Assembly: GCF_006345805.1 (NCBI RefSeq)
Contig: NC_043007.1
Span: 1,488,001-1,552,000 of the forward strand
DNA length: 64,000 nucleotides
Source: Octopus sinensis
Lineage: Eukaryota
Direction of reading: 5' to 3'
The stretch's first letter is position 1, and each line of letters starts with the position of its first letter. The notes beneath the pieces are model-generated. The model saw nothing but the letters and a program-made list of their open reading frames with translations, was not told the origin of the DNA and did not search any database. Made by a program: the position numbers and the translations under genes. Positions 1-12,007 of the stretch are shown here, one piece after another.

Positions 1-14
1 TATGTGTATATCTA

Positions 15-99
<85 letters not shown>

Positions 100-134
100 G
101 TGTGTATATATATGCATACACACACACACATAGA

Positions 135-283
135 GGCACAGGCATGGCTGTGTGGTAAGAAGCTTATTTCCCATTCACATTGTTCCTGGTTCAGTCTTAC
201 TGTGTGGCGCCTTGGGCAAATGTCTTTTCCTGTAATTTCAGTGGATTTGGTAGTTGGAAACTGAAAGAAGCCCATCATATATA

Positions 284-348
<65 letters not shown>

Positions 349-520
349 CTGTCTGTCTGTCTGTTCCCCACTGTCGCTTGAGAACTAGTGTGTTTATGTC
401 CCTGTAACTTTGCATTTGACAAATCAGACTGATAGAATAAGTACCCTGCTTTAAAAAAAAAATTCTTGGAGGTAGTGCTCCAGCATGGCTGTAGTCTAAT
501 GACTGAAACAAGTAAAAAGG
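135..520 (+). mobile_element. SINE family A (tRNA-like head, CORE-like middle, internal microsatellite, CR1-like tail), diverged copy
   Basis: Head GGCACAGGCATGGCTGTGTGGTAAG, CTTGGGCAAATGTCTT middle, internal (AT)n/(GT)n, tail GTGCTCCAGCATGGC...GACTGAAACAAGTAAAA. Same family as 5044, 21284 and 60338. Confidence 0.85.
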
Positions 521-537
521 GAAAAAAAGATACATAC

Positions 538-573
<36 letters not shown>

Positions 574-2159
574 ACGTGTGCGTGGGTCTGATACTACTAG
601 ATAATATTAGGTAATATCACTAAAAGGTTGATTAGCTGTTTCTTTACCACACGGTAACCTCAAACATGAAGAATTATTCTCTTTCTTCTCTGCTCACACA
701 CACTCTCCACAGACATCCGCAGCAAATAAAACTTTATGATCCATGACCTGTGTTGAATACTTTATCCACTTGTACATTTGATCTAGACACAGCTGACACA
801 CATATATCTATGTATAAATAAATGTATGTTTTTCTGGTCAACAAAAACCTATCTATACTCTAATAGGCTTCATTTGACGGCTGACCCATCATCTGTTGAT
901 TGTTGTTGTTGTTGACAAAATAAATAGAAGAAACTAGCCGTGGTTTGATTATGTATGAATGGCGCAAAGGATATTCCACATCAAACTGAATTATAAAGAT
1001 CAATTGCGTACTTTGATAAGAATAAATATATTTGACAGCTAAAAGAGAATAGATGTATTGAAATCTTAGACAATGTAATGCTTGAATAGTTTGTGTGAGA
1101 ACTCTTTAAAGTAAAGTCGTGGCTGAAATTTCATATAATGGAGATATCTAATAAGTTCTGACTGGTGAATGAAATGAAGGTGACTGCTCTATGTGTTATT
1201 GAATATCTTAGTTAATTTTACTGTTCCCGGTGTGTTCGAAATTATTAGGGGAGCTCTGATTAAAGAAGGATTTTAATCAATGGCTTATATCTACAGCAGC
1301 AGGAATACTGGTCTGTAAAATTTCTTTTCACACCGATGCCATTCATTGGACATTTTCTTCCAGGTTCCTGAAAATCCTGATTGAGAGAAAAGGAATAAAT
1401 GAATAAAAAAAAAGATAATTCATTTGAAAATTCGCTTAGGTAAATCCAGCAAAATTTCACTGGAGTGGAAAATATAGTTCTCAGATGTGCTGTTTTGAAA
1501 ATTGATGTTTGCCCATATTCTTGGTGGAATCCAACATTTGTATGAAAATTGAACTTTGTTATTGTATGGTATTAATCAGAGCAATGATTTCGCAGAGCTA
1601 CAACTGATTGCCTGGACCCAGTAAAAGAATATATAATATAAAGGTTATTAACATTAGCATTAAGCATTTGAATTTAGTCAATAAACATCATTATCTTCCC
1701 AATTTTGGATGACTGTCCAAACACATTACCTTATTTAGCACCAATTCCTTGGCTATCTCTTGAAGATTTGCATCAAGCGTAATCTTCCTTTCGGTAGTGC
1801 TACTGATAATCAGAAATTACTGGTAGAAAAAAATGGTTTTCAGCTAAGATTTGAAATTAGAAAGAAGCTGTCCTATCAACCAGCTCATAATCGCATATTA
1901 TTTTCTTCTCCATTTCATTAATGCTTCTCTCTGTAGCAAGCAAACAAAGAGGCTCAGTACTAATAACACAGAACTACACGGTATCTAGTGACCATCAGCA
2001 AACTTTGGTTTCCTCTTTCTCTTCATCACTAAACCATATCTTTATCTTGTAGCCTTGTCAAGTTTAAAACAATCTACAAGTCTTGGGCATTTTATCCTTG
2101 TCTTTGCCAGTATCTGTTAATTTTAGTTTAAATGTCACATCTTCTTTCTTCTTCCTGCC

Positions 2160-2560
2160 TTTAACCCTCCAACGTGGAGTATAGGCCACTTATAGTTGAA
2201 TTCCATGTCACATAATATTTGGCTTCTGTACTTATACTCTGCCATGAATGTCCCCCTTTCTCTAGTTCCTTTTGTGTTGATCTCCACCACGAGTTCTTAG
2301 GCCTACCTCTCCTTCTATATCCATCCGGTTTCCACCATAAACACTTTTCGCTACATTTGGTGTGTCTTTTCTAATTGTGCTACCAATCCACTTCCACTTT
2401 TTCTTAAATATTTGCTCCCTAATAGAAACTTCATTTCATACATGCACTCATGTTATTCCTTTCTGAAACACGAATATTTTTTCTGGTATATCTCATTTCT
2501 GCCTTCTGTGCTACTTAAAGTATTCTATTATCTTTCCAAAAGATAATGGCTTGAGCTCAA
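2160..2560 (-). pseudogene. Degraded RTE-clade LINE ORF2 C-terminal remnant
   Basis: Minus strand reads KKWKWIGSTIRK...WKPDGYRRRGRPKNSWWRS, the RTE post-RT motif (KWIGHTLRK...GRP..TW), with stops and frameshifts. Confidence 0.7.
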
Positions 2561-2827
2561 GACCAAAGAGGAAATTCATGGACCCATTCCACTCATCTCA
2601 TCACACCATATTCCTGATCAACACAACAACTCCTTAAGCTCTCTTCTCAACTCAACTTTTAACTGTCTGAACATCAACTGTAATGATTTAGCCAGTCTGG
2701 TTGAGCTGGTTGATAGGGAAGCTTCTTTCTAATTTCAAATCTTTGCTGAAAACCATTTTTTTCTACCAGTAATTTCTGAAAAGAGTTGCTCACTGCCAAC
2801 CCTTCTCAAAATAAACCATTTAGAGAA

Positions 2828-2990
2828 CGGAATCAATCAATTGTATCGATTCTGGTACTTGTCAGGTATTTTATCAAGCCCATAAATAGAAAAGGCAAAG
2901 TTAACTTAGGCAGAATTTGAACTCAGAACAGAACTTAAATAACTAGAACAAATACCATAAGTAATTTTTTTTCTGATGCTCTAATAGCTT
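2828..2990 (-). mobile_element. SINE family B, degraded copy
   Basis: Reverse complement of GTTCTGAGTTCAAATTCTGCC..TTTGCCTTT..GTACCAG motifs. Confidence 0.65.
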
Positions 2991-3724
2991 TGCTCTTGGA
3001 ACATTTTCTGTAAACTAGGAGGAATGGTCAGTTTGGCTGTGAGTTTTTGACATGACTGTCCACCTTTTTCAGATCTTTGATTTTCAAATGATTTTTGTTC
3101 AGCATTTAACTTTGACACTATTCTCAGTAGCTTATAATTTATGACATTTCTTAGAAGAGGTGAAGGGTGTGGGACAGGGTGGATGTCAGATTATATGGAA
3201 ATTAAGAATCTCTCCCCCCCCCCGATCATCCCTTTTTTAGATTATGTCATTAGATGTCAATCAGAATATATCAAGAAACTGAATGCTTAGTTAGGAAGCC
3301 GTCAATCTGTAGAAATTCCGATGTTCCTCAGTGGTGCCAAAGCACTGACTTAGACAAATCAATGTTGTGAAGTGTATTTGTTGTTTTCGTGATGTTTACA
3401 ATCCCTTAATATCCAAAACTGGATTATAATCAATAGAGCTAATTAAATTAGATTGTACTCAATGGAAATAATTAATTTGGATTATAATCAATATTAACAA
3501 TTAAGCTAATGATTTTGAACTATTAGCCTCATCGTTAGAGTGTAGATTTACTTTTAAGTGCTGGAGTGTATACATGCATAGGTGGCAAGGTGGACAAGGG
3601 TGTTTTTACCTTTCAGTTAGAAGTTGGTGTAGAGTTCAAATCCACCTTTGGCCAATGTACATATTTAGGAATAAAACACCTAAAGATTGATTGGCAGTTC
3701 AACTGGTCAAAGTTTGGTGTAAAT

Positions 3725-4081
3725 AGGAATTACAACCGTGTTATGTGGTCTGCTACCACAACAGCTCCTTTATAGGATCCAGTTAGCTCAAGACATCACC
3801 AGGAGGAACCACGTCCGGTTTCAGCCCCTACTCCTCTACCGTTTTGACGTGACGAGGCGCCCCTTTTCAGAGGTGTCTTCAGCTCTGGTGTTGAGTTCAT
3901 GTCTTCTTTCCTTTTCTTTCTTCTGTTCCCTGGTCTCTTTGATGTATCGTCAGCAAGTGTCAGCCAGTCACTGACTGTTTTGTCAAATTTCCTTTAAATA
4001 CCTGCTGCTAGGCTCCAGCAGGCAGCCCCAACAAGTTGTCATGAGACACTGTCTCACCTTAACTGACTAGTGAAGGCGCGT
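3725..4081. repeat. ~360 bp GC-richer interspersed element, copy 1 (unclassified, possibly Penelope/retrozyme-like)
   Basis: Aligns end to end with 13429-13792 in the same orientation. No TIR or TSD visible. Confidence 0.8.
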
Positions 4082-4089
4082 TGTCTTAA

Positions 4090-4750
4090 ATATAAATATT
4101 GCCTTCCTCAAGCAGCGAGATGTGTTTCAATGGACCTTGCTAGGAATCTCTGATCTCCATTAGCTTTGGTAGTTCCTGTTTCATGCTGTGTATCCCAAGG
4201 TATGAAAAGTCTCTGAAATATAGCATCGAATATGGCTAGGTGTTTGATATGATGGCAGCAGCCTGCAAAGCCTACCCTGCTTTGGACAACATCATGATCA
4301 TCATTTAACGTCCGCCTTCCATGCTAGCATGGGTTGGACGATTTTGACTGAGGGCTGGCGAACCAGACGGCCGCACCAGGCTCCAGTTTTGATCTGGCAG
4401 AGTTTCTACAGCTGGATGCTCTTCCTAACGCCAACCACTCCGAGAGTGTAGTGGGTGCTTTTACATGCCACTGGTACAAGGCCAGTCAGGCGGTACTGGC
4501 AATGACCTCGCTCGAATCTTTTTACACATGCCACCGGCACAGGTGCCAGTAAGGCAAAGTTGGTAACGATCACGCTAGATATAGGTAGAATAGTTCCATA
4601 AACCTTCCCTGTGGTCTTGTGCTCAAGCAAAGACAGATATTGTAAACTTATTCTCTAAACATGAGAATAATGGCCTGAACAATTGATCATGTTTAGGAAG
4701 TGTCATCTCAGGATGTTAACCTTTTTGCCACTGACATGCTTAAGATTGCT
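4090..4750 (-). pseudogene. Degraded RTE-like ORF2 remnant interrupted by a younger RTE-tail insertion
   Basis: Minus strand KTTGKVYGTILPIS (4580-4630) continues after the insert as VQSRVGFAG. This resembles the RTE motif NEELYGNLPPIS...RLRFAGH. Confidence 0.5.
4291..4575 (-). mobile_element. RTE 3'-end copy with (GAT)n tail
   Basis: Reverse complement of GGTTGGCGTTAGGAAGAGCATCCAGCTGTAGAAAC...CATGGAAGGCGGACGTTAAATGATGAT. Homologous to the 3' UTR of the RTE at 39286-40699. Confidence 0.88.
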
Positions 4751-5043
4751 GCTGGTGCTATGACACAGAGACATCAATCAAGATGTGTTTGTATCTTCCT
4801 TAATAATTTTGTGCAATTAAAATCTTAATTAAAATCTTCCATAATAAAATCAAATTAAAATCAAATTAAAATTTTCCATAATGAATTTGTGTAAGAACCT
4901 TGTTCCACACACTGGATTCTCATAATTTAAGAATTAGCTATTTCACCAATTCCTGCCAGGTTTTTCATTGTTATCGAAATCAATTCAAATATATAAACAA
5001 GGGAGTTTATTACAAATGCATTCACAAAAACGCTTTAAACATT

Positions 5044-5463
5044 TACTCTCTTTTTACTCTTTTACTTGTTTCAGTCATTTGACTGCGGCCATGCTGGAGC
5101 ACTGCCTTTAGTCGAGCAAATCGACTCCGGGACTTATTCTTTGTAAGCCCAATACTTATTCTATCGGTCTCTTTTGCCAAACCGCTAAGTGACGGGGACG
5201 TAAACACACCAGCATCGGTTGTCAAGCAATGCTAGGGGGACAAACACAGACACACAAACACATATACACACATATATATATATATATATATACATATATA
5301 CGACAGGCTTCTTTCAGTTTCCGTCTACCAAATCCACTCACAAGGCATTGGTCGGCCCGGGGCTATAGCAGAAGACACTTGCCCAAGATGCCACGCAGTG
5401 GAACTAAACCCGGAACCATGTGGCTGGTTAGCAAGCTACTTACCACACAGCCACTCCTGTGCC
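5044..5463 (-). mobile_element. SINE family A, young full-length copy
   Basis: Complete head to (GAGTAAAA)n tail. Near-identical to 60338-60805. Confidence 0.9.
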
Positions 5464-5704
5464 TATTTATTTATTTATTTAGCTTCTTTTGTTAGTAGAA
5501 GTTATGCTCATGAATTTTTACCAAAATATGTTAGACATTCTTTACGTTTAGTCAGGAGAAGAGGGTCTGCTCAGTGCTTCCCTGACTGGTGGGAGGGATA
5601 GATGAAGGGATCCTAAATCTGAAATTATGGTTCGAATACTTTCAACAGGGTGGACTTCACTAAAGGCACCCAAGGTGTCACATGGATGGTAAATTAGCTG
5701 ATAA

Positions 5705-5939
5705 GGCGGTGAGCTGGCAGACTCGTTAGCACGCCAGGCGAAATGTGTAGCTGTATTTCGTCTGCCGTTACGTTCTGAGTTCAAATTCCGCCGAGGTCGA
5801 ATTTGCCTTTCATCCTTTTGGGGTCAATAAATTAAGTACCAGTTACACACTGGAGTCGATGTAATCGACTTAATCCGTTTGTCTGCCCTTGTTTGTCCTC
5901 TCTGTGTTTAGCCCCTTGTGGGTAGTAAAGAAATAGGTA
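5705..5939 (+). mobile_element. SINE family B (tRNA-like head, Nin/Deu-like domain), full length with 14 bp TSD
   Basis: Head GGCGGTGAGCTGGCAG, B-box GAGTTCAAATTCC and GCCTTTCATCCTTTTGGGGTCAATAAATTAAGTACC core. GGTAAATTAGCTGA is duplicated at 5688-5701 and 5936-5949. Confidence 0.9.
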
Positions 5940-6104
5940 AATTAGCTGACAAATTAATTCTAGTCCCCATGTGTAGGGCATGGCAGGATTTGAACTCATT
6001 TACAATGAACCAGGCTAAATACTGTAAGGCATGTGACCTGATGTTCCTACAGATCTACCAATCCATCATCTTGGATTAATACATTTTTTTTATTGATCCC
6101 AAAT

Positions 6105-6160
6105 GGCGGTGCCCCAGCATGGCCACAGCTCGTGAACTGAAACTAGATAAAATGAAAAAA
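6105..6160 (+). mobile_element. Isolated CR1-like LINE 3' tail
   Basis: GGCGGTGCCCCAGCATGGCCACAGCTCGTGAACTGAAACTAG matches the tail that follows the CR1-like ORF at 25000-25335. Confidence 0.7.
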
Positions 6161-9100
6161 AATGGATGAAAGACGAAGTTGAACTCAACTGGATTAGAAC
6201 TCAGTATACCAACTGTCAGAACAAATACCACAAGTCACTTTACTGACTCTCCCAATTTGCCTTAGAAATAAATTTCCATAGTGTTGAAGATGGATCTGTT
6301 GGATATGTGTTACCATCTGCTAAAGCATTTTATCAAACTTGTCATTCTGGTGCTCTTAAGGTTAATGTAGAATATATTCTTAGAATTTATGACAATCATT
6401 GCTTCTGCCACTGCTGTGATCAGGTCAGTATGTTCATTTATTTCTTTGCCCTCATTTCAGTCTTGGTCCAGCCTTGTGCCATTGTTACAATTCCATTTAC
6501 AGTTGAGATACCTGTGAAATTACTGTAAATACTTGTGAAATAAGTCTTTGAATGTTCCATTCAGAGCAGGAATTGTCCATCATTTGTAGTTAGCAAGAGA
6601 TCATACAAAGCCCGAATGTGCACACTTTAAAGCTGCAGCTACATGAAAACACAAAAAAAACATTTTGTCTGTGAATCTAAAAGACATTTCTTGGACCTTA
6701 ACAGATCATCATAGTCTCTTAATTGTGCAAAAGCTTCCCAACAGAGAGTTTTTTTTAGTATATCATCATCATTGTTTAATGTCCTCTTTCCATGTTAGCA
6801 TGGGTTGGACGGTTTGATTGAGGGCTGGCGAACCCACACAGCCACTCCTGCGATATTCTTCAAATAATGGCTCTAATATTCATTACAGTCTACTTCCTCT
6901 TAATTCCCGATTAAGCAAATTTATGATCAAGGATATAACTAGGCACATCCTCATTTTTATCTTAATGCTTTTATCAAATTTAAAGAATGTAACGTGTCTT
7001 CCCTTTGCTGAGACATTAGAGAATATTTTGAAAGAAATTTCTACCTTGTTGAGTAATTGAATAGTGGCTCCCTCTGTAGCTTGTTGCTTAAACTATCATT
7101 ACAAGTGAGGTGGTGTAAATCTCTGAATGGTTACACAAGTAGATCAGCAGTACATGACATCTACAAACATTTATTGAATATGGAATTGTTGAGAATTTTA
7201 TTTAATTTACTCTGTAATGTTTCTGTAAACGCCTACCGTAAAAAATACACACATGCACCCCCACCACCAAAAAAAAAAAAAGCACACTCAAGCCCACACA
7301 TACATACACACACACACACAATGGGTTTCGAATGTCATTTAGATTTCTTAAGAAATAGGTTTATGTTCAATATAATTTACTTTTGAACATCTTAATGTTT
7401 TTAAAGTTGTTTTCAAATTGTGATTTTCTTACATTCTGTGAAATAATTAGAAATTTTTTCTGTAAGAAAAATAGTAGGAAGAGTTTTTGAAAAATAAAAA
7501 AAAAAAACGCACACACACACACCCTCCCTCCCTCCAAGTTCTTAGTTTGTTTTGAAGAAATCTTTTTAATGTATGTATACATAAGTTTTACTCTGATATA
7601 AAAAAAAAACCAAAACCAAGACAAAAAAAAACATCTAAACTCCCTCAGCTCATCAACTGTTTGTTTTTTATCGTGGAGTGTTTTGATTATTTTTTTTTTA
7701 TTCAATTTGAATAGAAATGTTTAAATTCCATTTCTATTACATTTCGTAGTTTATAGTTAGAGGTGGATATTTGGAAATGAATTTGTTTATCACTGATAAA
7801 TTCTCTGGTCACTTTCTTAATTTATTTATTTGAACTAATTAGTTCACTGATTTGATGTAAATGAAAATATTGAAAGAACTCTGACTCAAATATCTTGAAG
7901 GTAAATGTTGTGGCAGCTTCTAATTGTTTTCTATTTTTTGTATTTTTTAGTATATTTCACTGGTGTTGTTCATTTTTTAAAAATATTTTTTTTTTTCTTA
8001 TTAGTAGCTAATTTTATGCTATGTAATTAGAAAGTTGTTTTATTTTTATCCTTCAAGGAACAACCACTTTAATTCTATGCAGCGGTAACAACACCCACAC
8101 ACACACTCTCCCCCTCTCTCTCTCCTCTTCTCTCTCTCTCTTTTAATTACTCAGTGTACAACATACAACTCAACATGGCATAGACAAACTACATGTCTCG
8201 TATCTTGTCCTACTACACGCACACAACTTCCCTTATGCACTTTCTGTGAATAAATAAAATGATACTTGGTTCGACACTCCTATATATCTGGTGCCTTTTA
8301 AAAATTTCTTTAGATTCATTATCAAATCAAGATTCATTTTCTTGCTACAGGTTATTATTTTTTCTTTTTTTTTTTTCTGATAGAAAAGATGGTGAAAAAT
8401 AATAATTTTTTTTTTTTGTGTATGTTTATTTGAATATATGTAAAAGAGGCAAAAATCTTAATAACGATAGGTTTTCATGTTGATTAAAAGTGATTTATTT
8501 ATTTTTTTTTGTTTTGCATTTGAATATTCTTGAAACCTAAAATAGAAACAGCAACAAACCACATATTGTAAACTTTAACTACATAAACACGCATCACGCT
8601 ACAAAGAGGTTTCATGTTTTTTCTTTTTTTTTTTAAAACAAAAATGAATTGAAATGCAGATGAAGTTTACTTCATTTTCACAATTTCTTTCTTCATCTCA
8701 AGTGTATCATGAATGTTTTTTTCTTTTTCCCCCCTCTGAACATTATAATCTTCCTGTAATGTTCTCTGCAAAATTCTCTGACACACATATGCAGGCATAA
8801 TAGGCTTCCAGTTAAAAATAGGAGTAATTAGAATTTTGTTTCCATAACCGATAGATTTGTGTGTCGATATATCAGTTGATTTTTTTTCTGTAGTTTGATA
8901 TATTGAATCATATTTATAAAATACTCTTTGAAATAATATATATTTTACATTATTGAATGCCACTCAGAATATTTATGAATATGTATTAACCCTTGCAGTC
9001 TGGAAACTTTAATGTTTAAAGCTAAAGAAAACAACAAAAAAAAAAGCAACTTTTTGAAGTCTCAAAAAAGAAAAATTCAAAACAACCAAAAAAAAACTAG

Positions 9101-9183
9101 CTCTTAGCTTTGTTTCATTTATACTTTAAACTCGTTTTTACCCTACATGTAGCATCTTTTTGATATAGTAAATCTGCTGGCAA

Positions 9184-9941
9184 ATCATCATCATCATCAT
9201 CATAATCGTCGTCGTCGTCATCATCATTGTCATCATCATCATCATCATCATCATTGTCATCATCATCATCATCATAATCGTCGTCATCGTCATCATCATC
9301 ATAATCGTTATCATCATCGTCATCATCATCATCATCATCATAATCGTTATCGTCGTCGTTGTCGTCGTCATCATCATCATCATAATCGTCGTCATCATCA
9401 TCATCATCATAATCGTTATCGTCGTCGTTGTCGTCGTCATCATCATCATCATAATCGTCGTCATCATCATCATCATCATAATCGTTATCGTCGTCGTTGT
9501 CGTCGTCATCATCATCATCATAATCGTCGTCATCATCATCATCATCATAATCGTTATCATCGTCATCATTATTATCATCATAATCGTTATCATCGTTGTC
9601 GTCATCATCATAATCGTTATCGTCGTCATCATCATTGTCATCATCATCATCATCATAATTGTTATCATCGTCGTCGTCATCATCATCATAATCGTGGTCG
9701 TCGTCGTCATCATCATCATCATCATAATCGTTATCATCATCGTCGTCGTCGTCGTCATCATCATCATCATCATCATAATCGTTATCATCATCGTCGTCGT
9801 CGTCGTCGTCGTCATCATCATCATCATCATCATAATCGTTATCATCATCGTCGTCGTCGTCGTCGTCGTCATCATCATCATCATCATCATAATCGTTATC
9901 ATCATCGTCGTCGTCGTCATCATCATCATCATCATTGTCTT
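9184..9941. repeat. Compound (TCA/TCG)n trinucleotide microsatellite with higher-order units of ~57-69 bp
   Basis: Seen directly. Minus frame reads poly-Asp with periodic NDY. Confidence 0.95.
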
Positions 9942-10529
9942 CATCTTTGCTGCCACCACTGCTTTTCCATGCTGGCAAGAAATGGAGAGATCTTTACAAA
10001 CTGAGCCGATTCTTATTCGAACTTACTGCCCTTCTAGAAAGCTTGAGGCCACACTTCACTTGCACTTTCTGTTTCTTTTTGTGTTCTATGGCTAGGTGCA
10101 TTTTATAAAAGCAACAAAACTTGAGAGTTTCTCTAAAAAGTCTTTGCTTCCATATTTTATCTCTGTTCATTTGCCAGCCATTTTATTGAGCATACTGTAT
10201 GATATTATTATGGTGCCAGCTACAGAGGTCACCTGGTTGCTGACAAGACTGAGGAATTCTGCTTTTCCTGTGTTATCTGCATTTGTTTGCTAATCACTCC
10301 ACAGAGTGCACTTGATGCATTTTATTTGAACACCAGCTAAACGAAAGAGTTCTCTTTGTTCTATGCTGTGTCTGTTCATTTTTTTTTTCACCAGCATCGA
10401 AAAGTTATCTCATCCCCGGTGAGTGGGAAAAGAGAAAAATAACGAAAGATGAACCAAGTGAGAAGATGATAGATAGGAAGGAAAGAAGCAGAGTGGTAGG
10501 AGTGAGGATAGGATAAAGGGGAAGGTGGG

Positions 10530-10922
10530 AGAGAGAGAAAGAAGGAGAGGGAGGGAAGGAGGGAGAGAGAGAAAGAAGGAGAGGGAGAGAGAAGGAGGGA
10601 AGGAGGGAGAGAGAGAAAGAAGGAGAGAGAGGGAAGGAGGGAGAGAGAAAGAAGGAGAGGGAGAGAGAGGGAGGGAAGGAGGGAGAGAGAGAAAGAAGGA
10701 GAGGGAGAGAGAGGGAGGGAAGGAGGGTGAGAGAGAAAGAAGGAGAGGGAGCGAGAGGGAGGGAAGGTGGGAGAGAGAGAGAAAGGAGAGGGAATGAAGG
10801 AGGGAGAGAGAGAAAGATGGAGAGGGAGTGAGAGGGAGAGGAGGTGGGGGAGAGAGAAAGAAGGAGAGGGAGGGAAGGAGGAAGAAAGAGAAAGAAGGAG
10901 AGGGAGAGAGAAAGAGAGAGAG
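10530..10922. repeat. GA-rich polypurine compound repeat with ~30-35 bp periodicity
   Basis: Repeated GAGAGAGAAAGAAGGAGAGGGA...GGAGGGAAGGAGGG units. Confidence 0.9.
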
Positions 10923-11423
10923 AGTAAAGCAGTGAGGATGATATACAGCTATAATAAGATTGTTGGTAAGGAGATCCAATAGAAACAGCTTGAGTGGTAT
11001 GATGGAGAAAGATAGATAGATAGAGAGAGAGGGGGAGAGAGAAAGAGAGAATGTTAGTAAAGAAATGTAGAAATAGATGAGAGAGAGAGAGAGCTGAGGA
11101 GCATGAATGAATTATAATTGTTTCTTTTGAGTTTATATTTTTCTATCTACTTTTTCCAAGTTTATATCGCAATTTGTGAACAACTACCATTGGTTACAGG
11201 TTTCCAACCGTTCACAGCATTCATGATGGCAAGATTGATGTGTGTATGTGTGTGTGTGTGTCCAACTTGATACAGAACAATTCTTAAGAGATTTTGTAAA
11301 GCACTAGTTTGTGTGGGGATTTTTTCACCACTGTTTATCTCTGTCATGAATATCTATTGCTCAAAAATATACACATGCATAATATATATATTGGTAGCCT
11401 TAATTCACAAATAAAGAAATTAT

Positions 11424-11976
11424 TGGCTGTGTAGTAAATAGCTTGCTTACCGACCACTTTGTCTCAGGTTCAGCCCACTGCATGGCACCTCGGACAAGTG
11501 TCTTGTACTATAGCCTTGGGCCTGCCAAAGCCTTGTGATTAGATTTGGTAAACAGAAACTGAAAGAAGCCCATCGTATATATATATATATATATATATAT
11601 TGTCATGCTCGATTACATTTTGATTGTTTTGCTAAATTTTTCTTGAGAACATTTCTTAGTGGTAAGACCATAGTGGATCTATTTCTAGCATAAGGGTGTT
11701 CACATAGTGGTTTCCCTCTAGTATGTATATAATACAATTTTACTGAAAGATCAGTTTTTTTATATGCTAGACCACTGATGTGAAATCAATATTAATTAAA
11801 TTAATATCTAATTTCTCACCCTCATTTTAAATTTTTATATATATATGTAGTGGCTTCACGCAGGCATAGCGTAGATTCGATCCTCGATTGATAAATTTGA
11901 CTTAATAATTCAACAGACCTTTTAAAAGGCAGTGCTCCAGCATGGCTGCAGTCAAATGACTGAAACAAATAAAAGA
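11424..11976 (+). mobile_element. SINE family A: 5' half (11424-11575) and 3' tail (11924-11976) separated by unrelated sequence
   Basis: Head and CORE-like motifs, then (AT)n, with tail GGCAGTGCTCCAGCATGGCTGCAGTCAAATGACTGAAAC downstream. Confidence 0.65.
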
Positions 11977-12007
11977 ATATCCACACACATATGCATTATA
12001 TATACAA

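Noticed and set aside
600-1130. Possible solo LTR
   Set aside because: No TG..CA termini, TSD or second copy could be identified.
8667-8963. 98 aa minus-strand ORF in unique sequence
   Set aside because: No recognisable domain and weak splice signals; compatible with chance.
10410-10982. Arg/Glu-rich and Ser/Leu/Pro-rich ORFs
   Set aside because: Translation of a GA-rich repeat.
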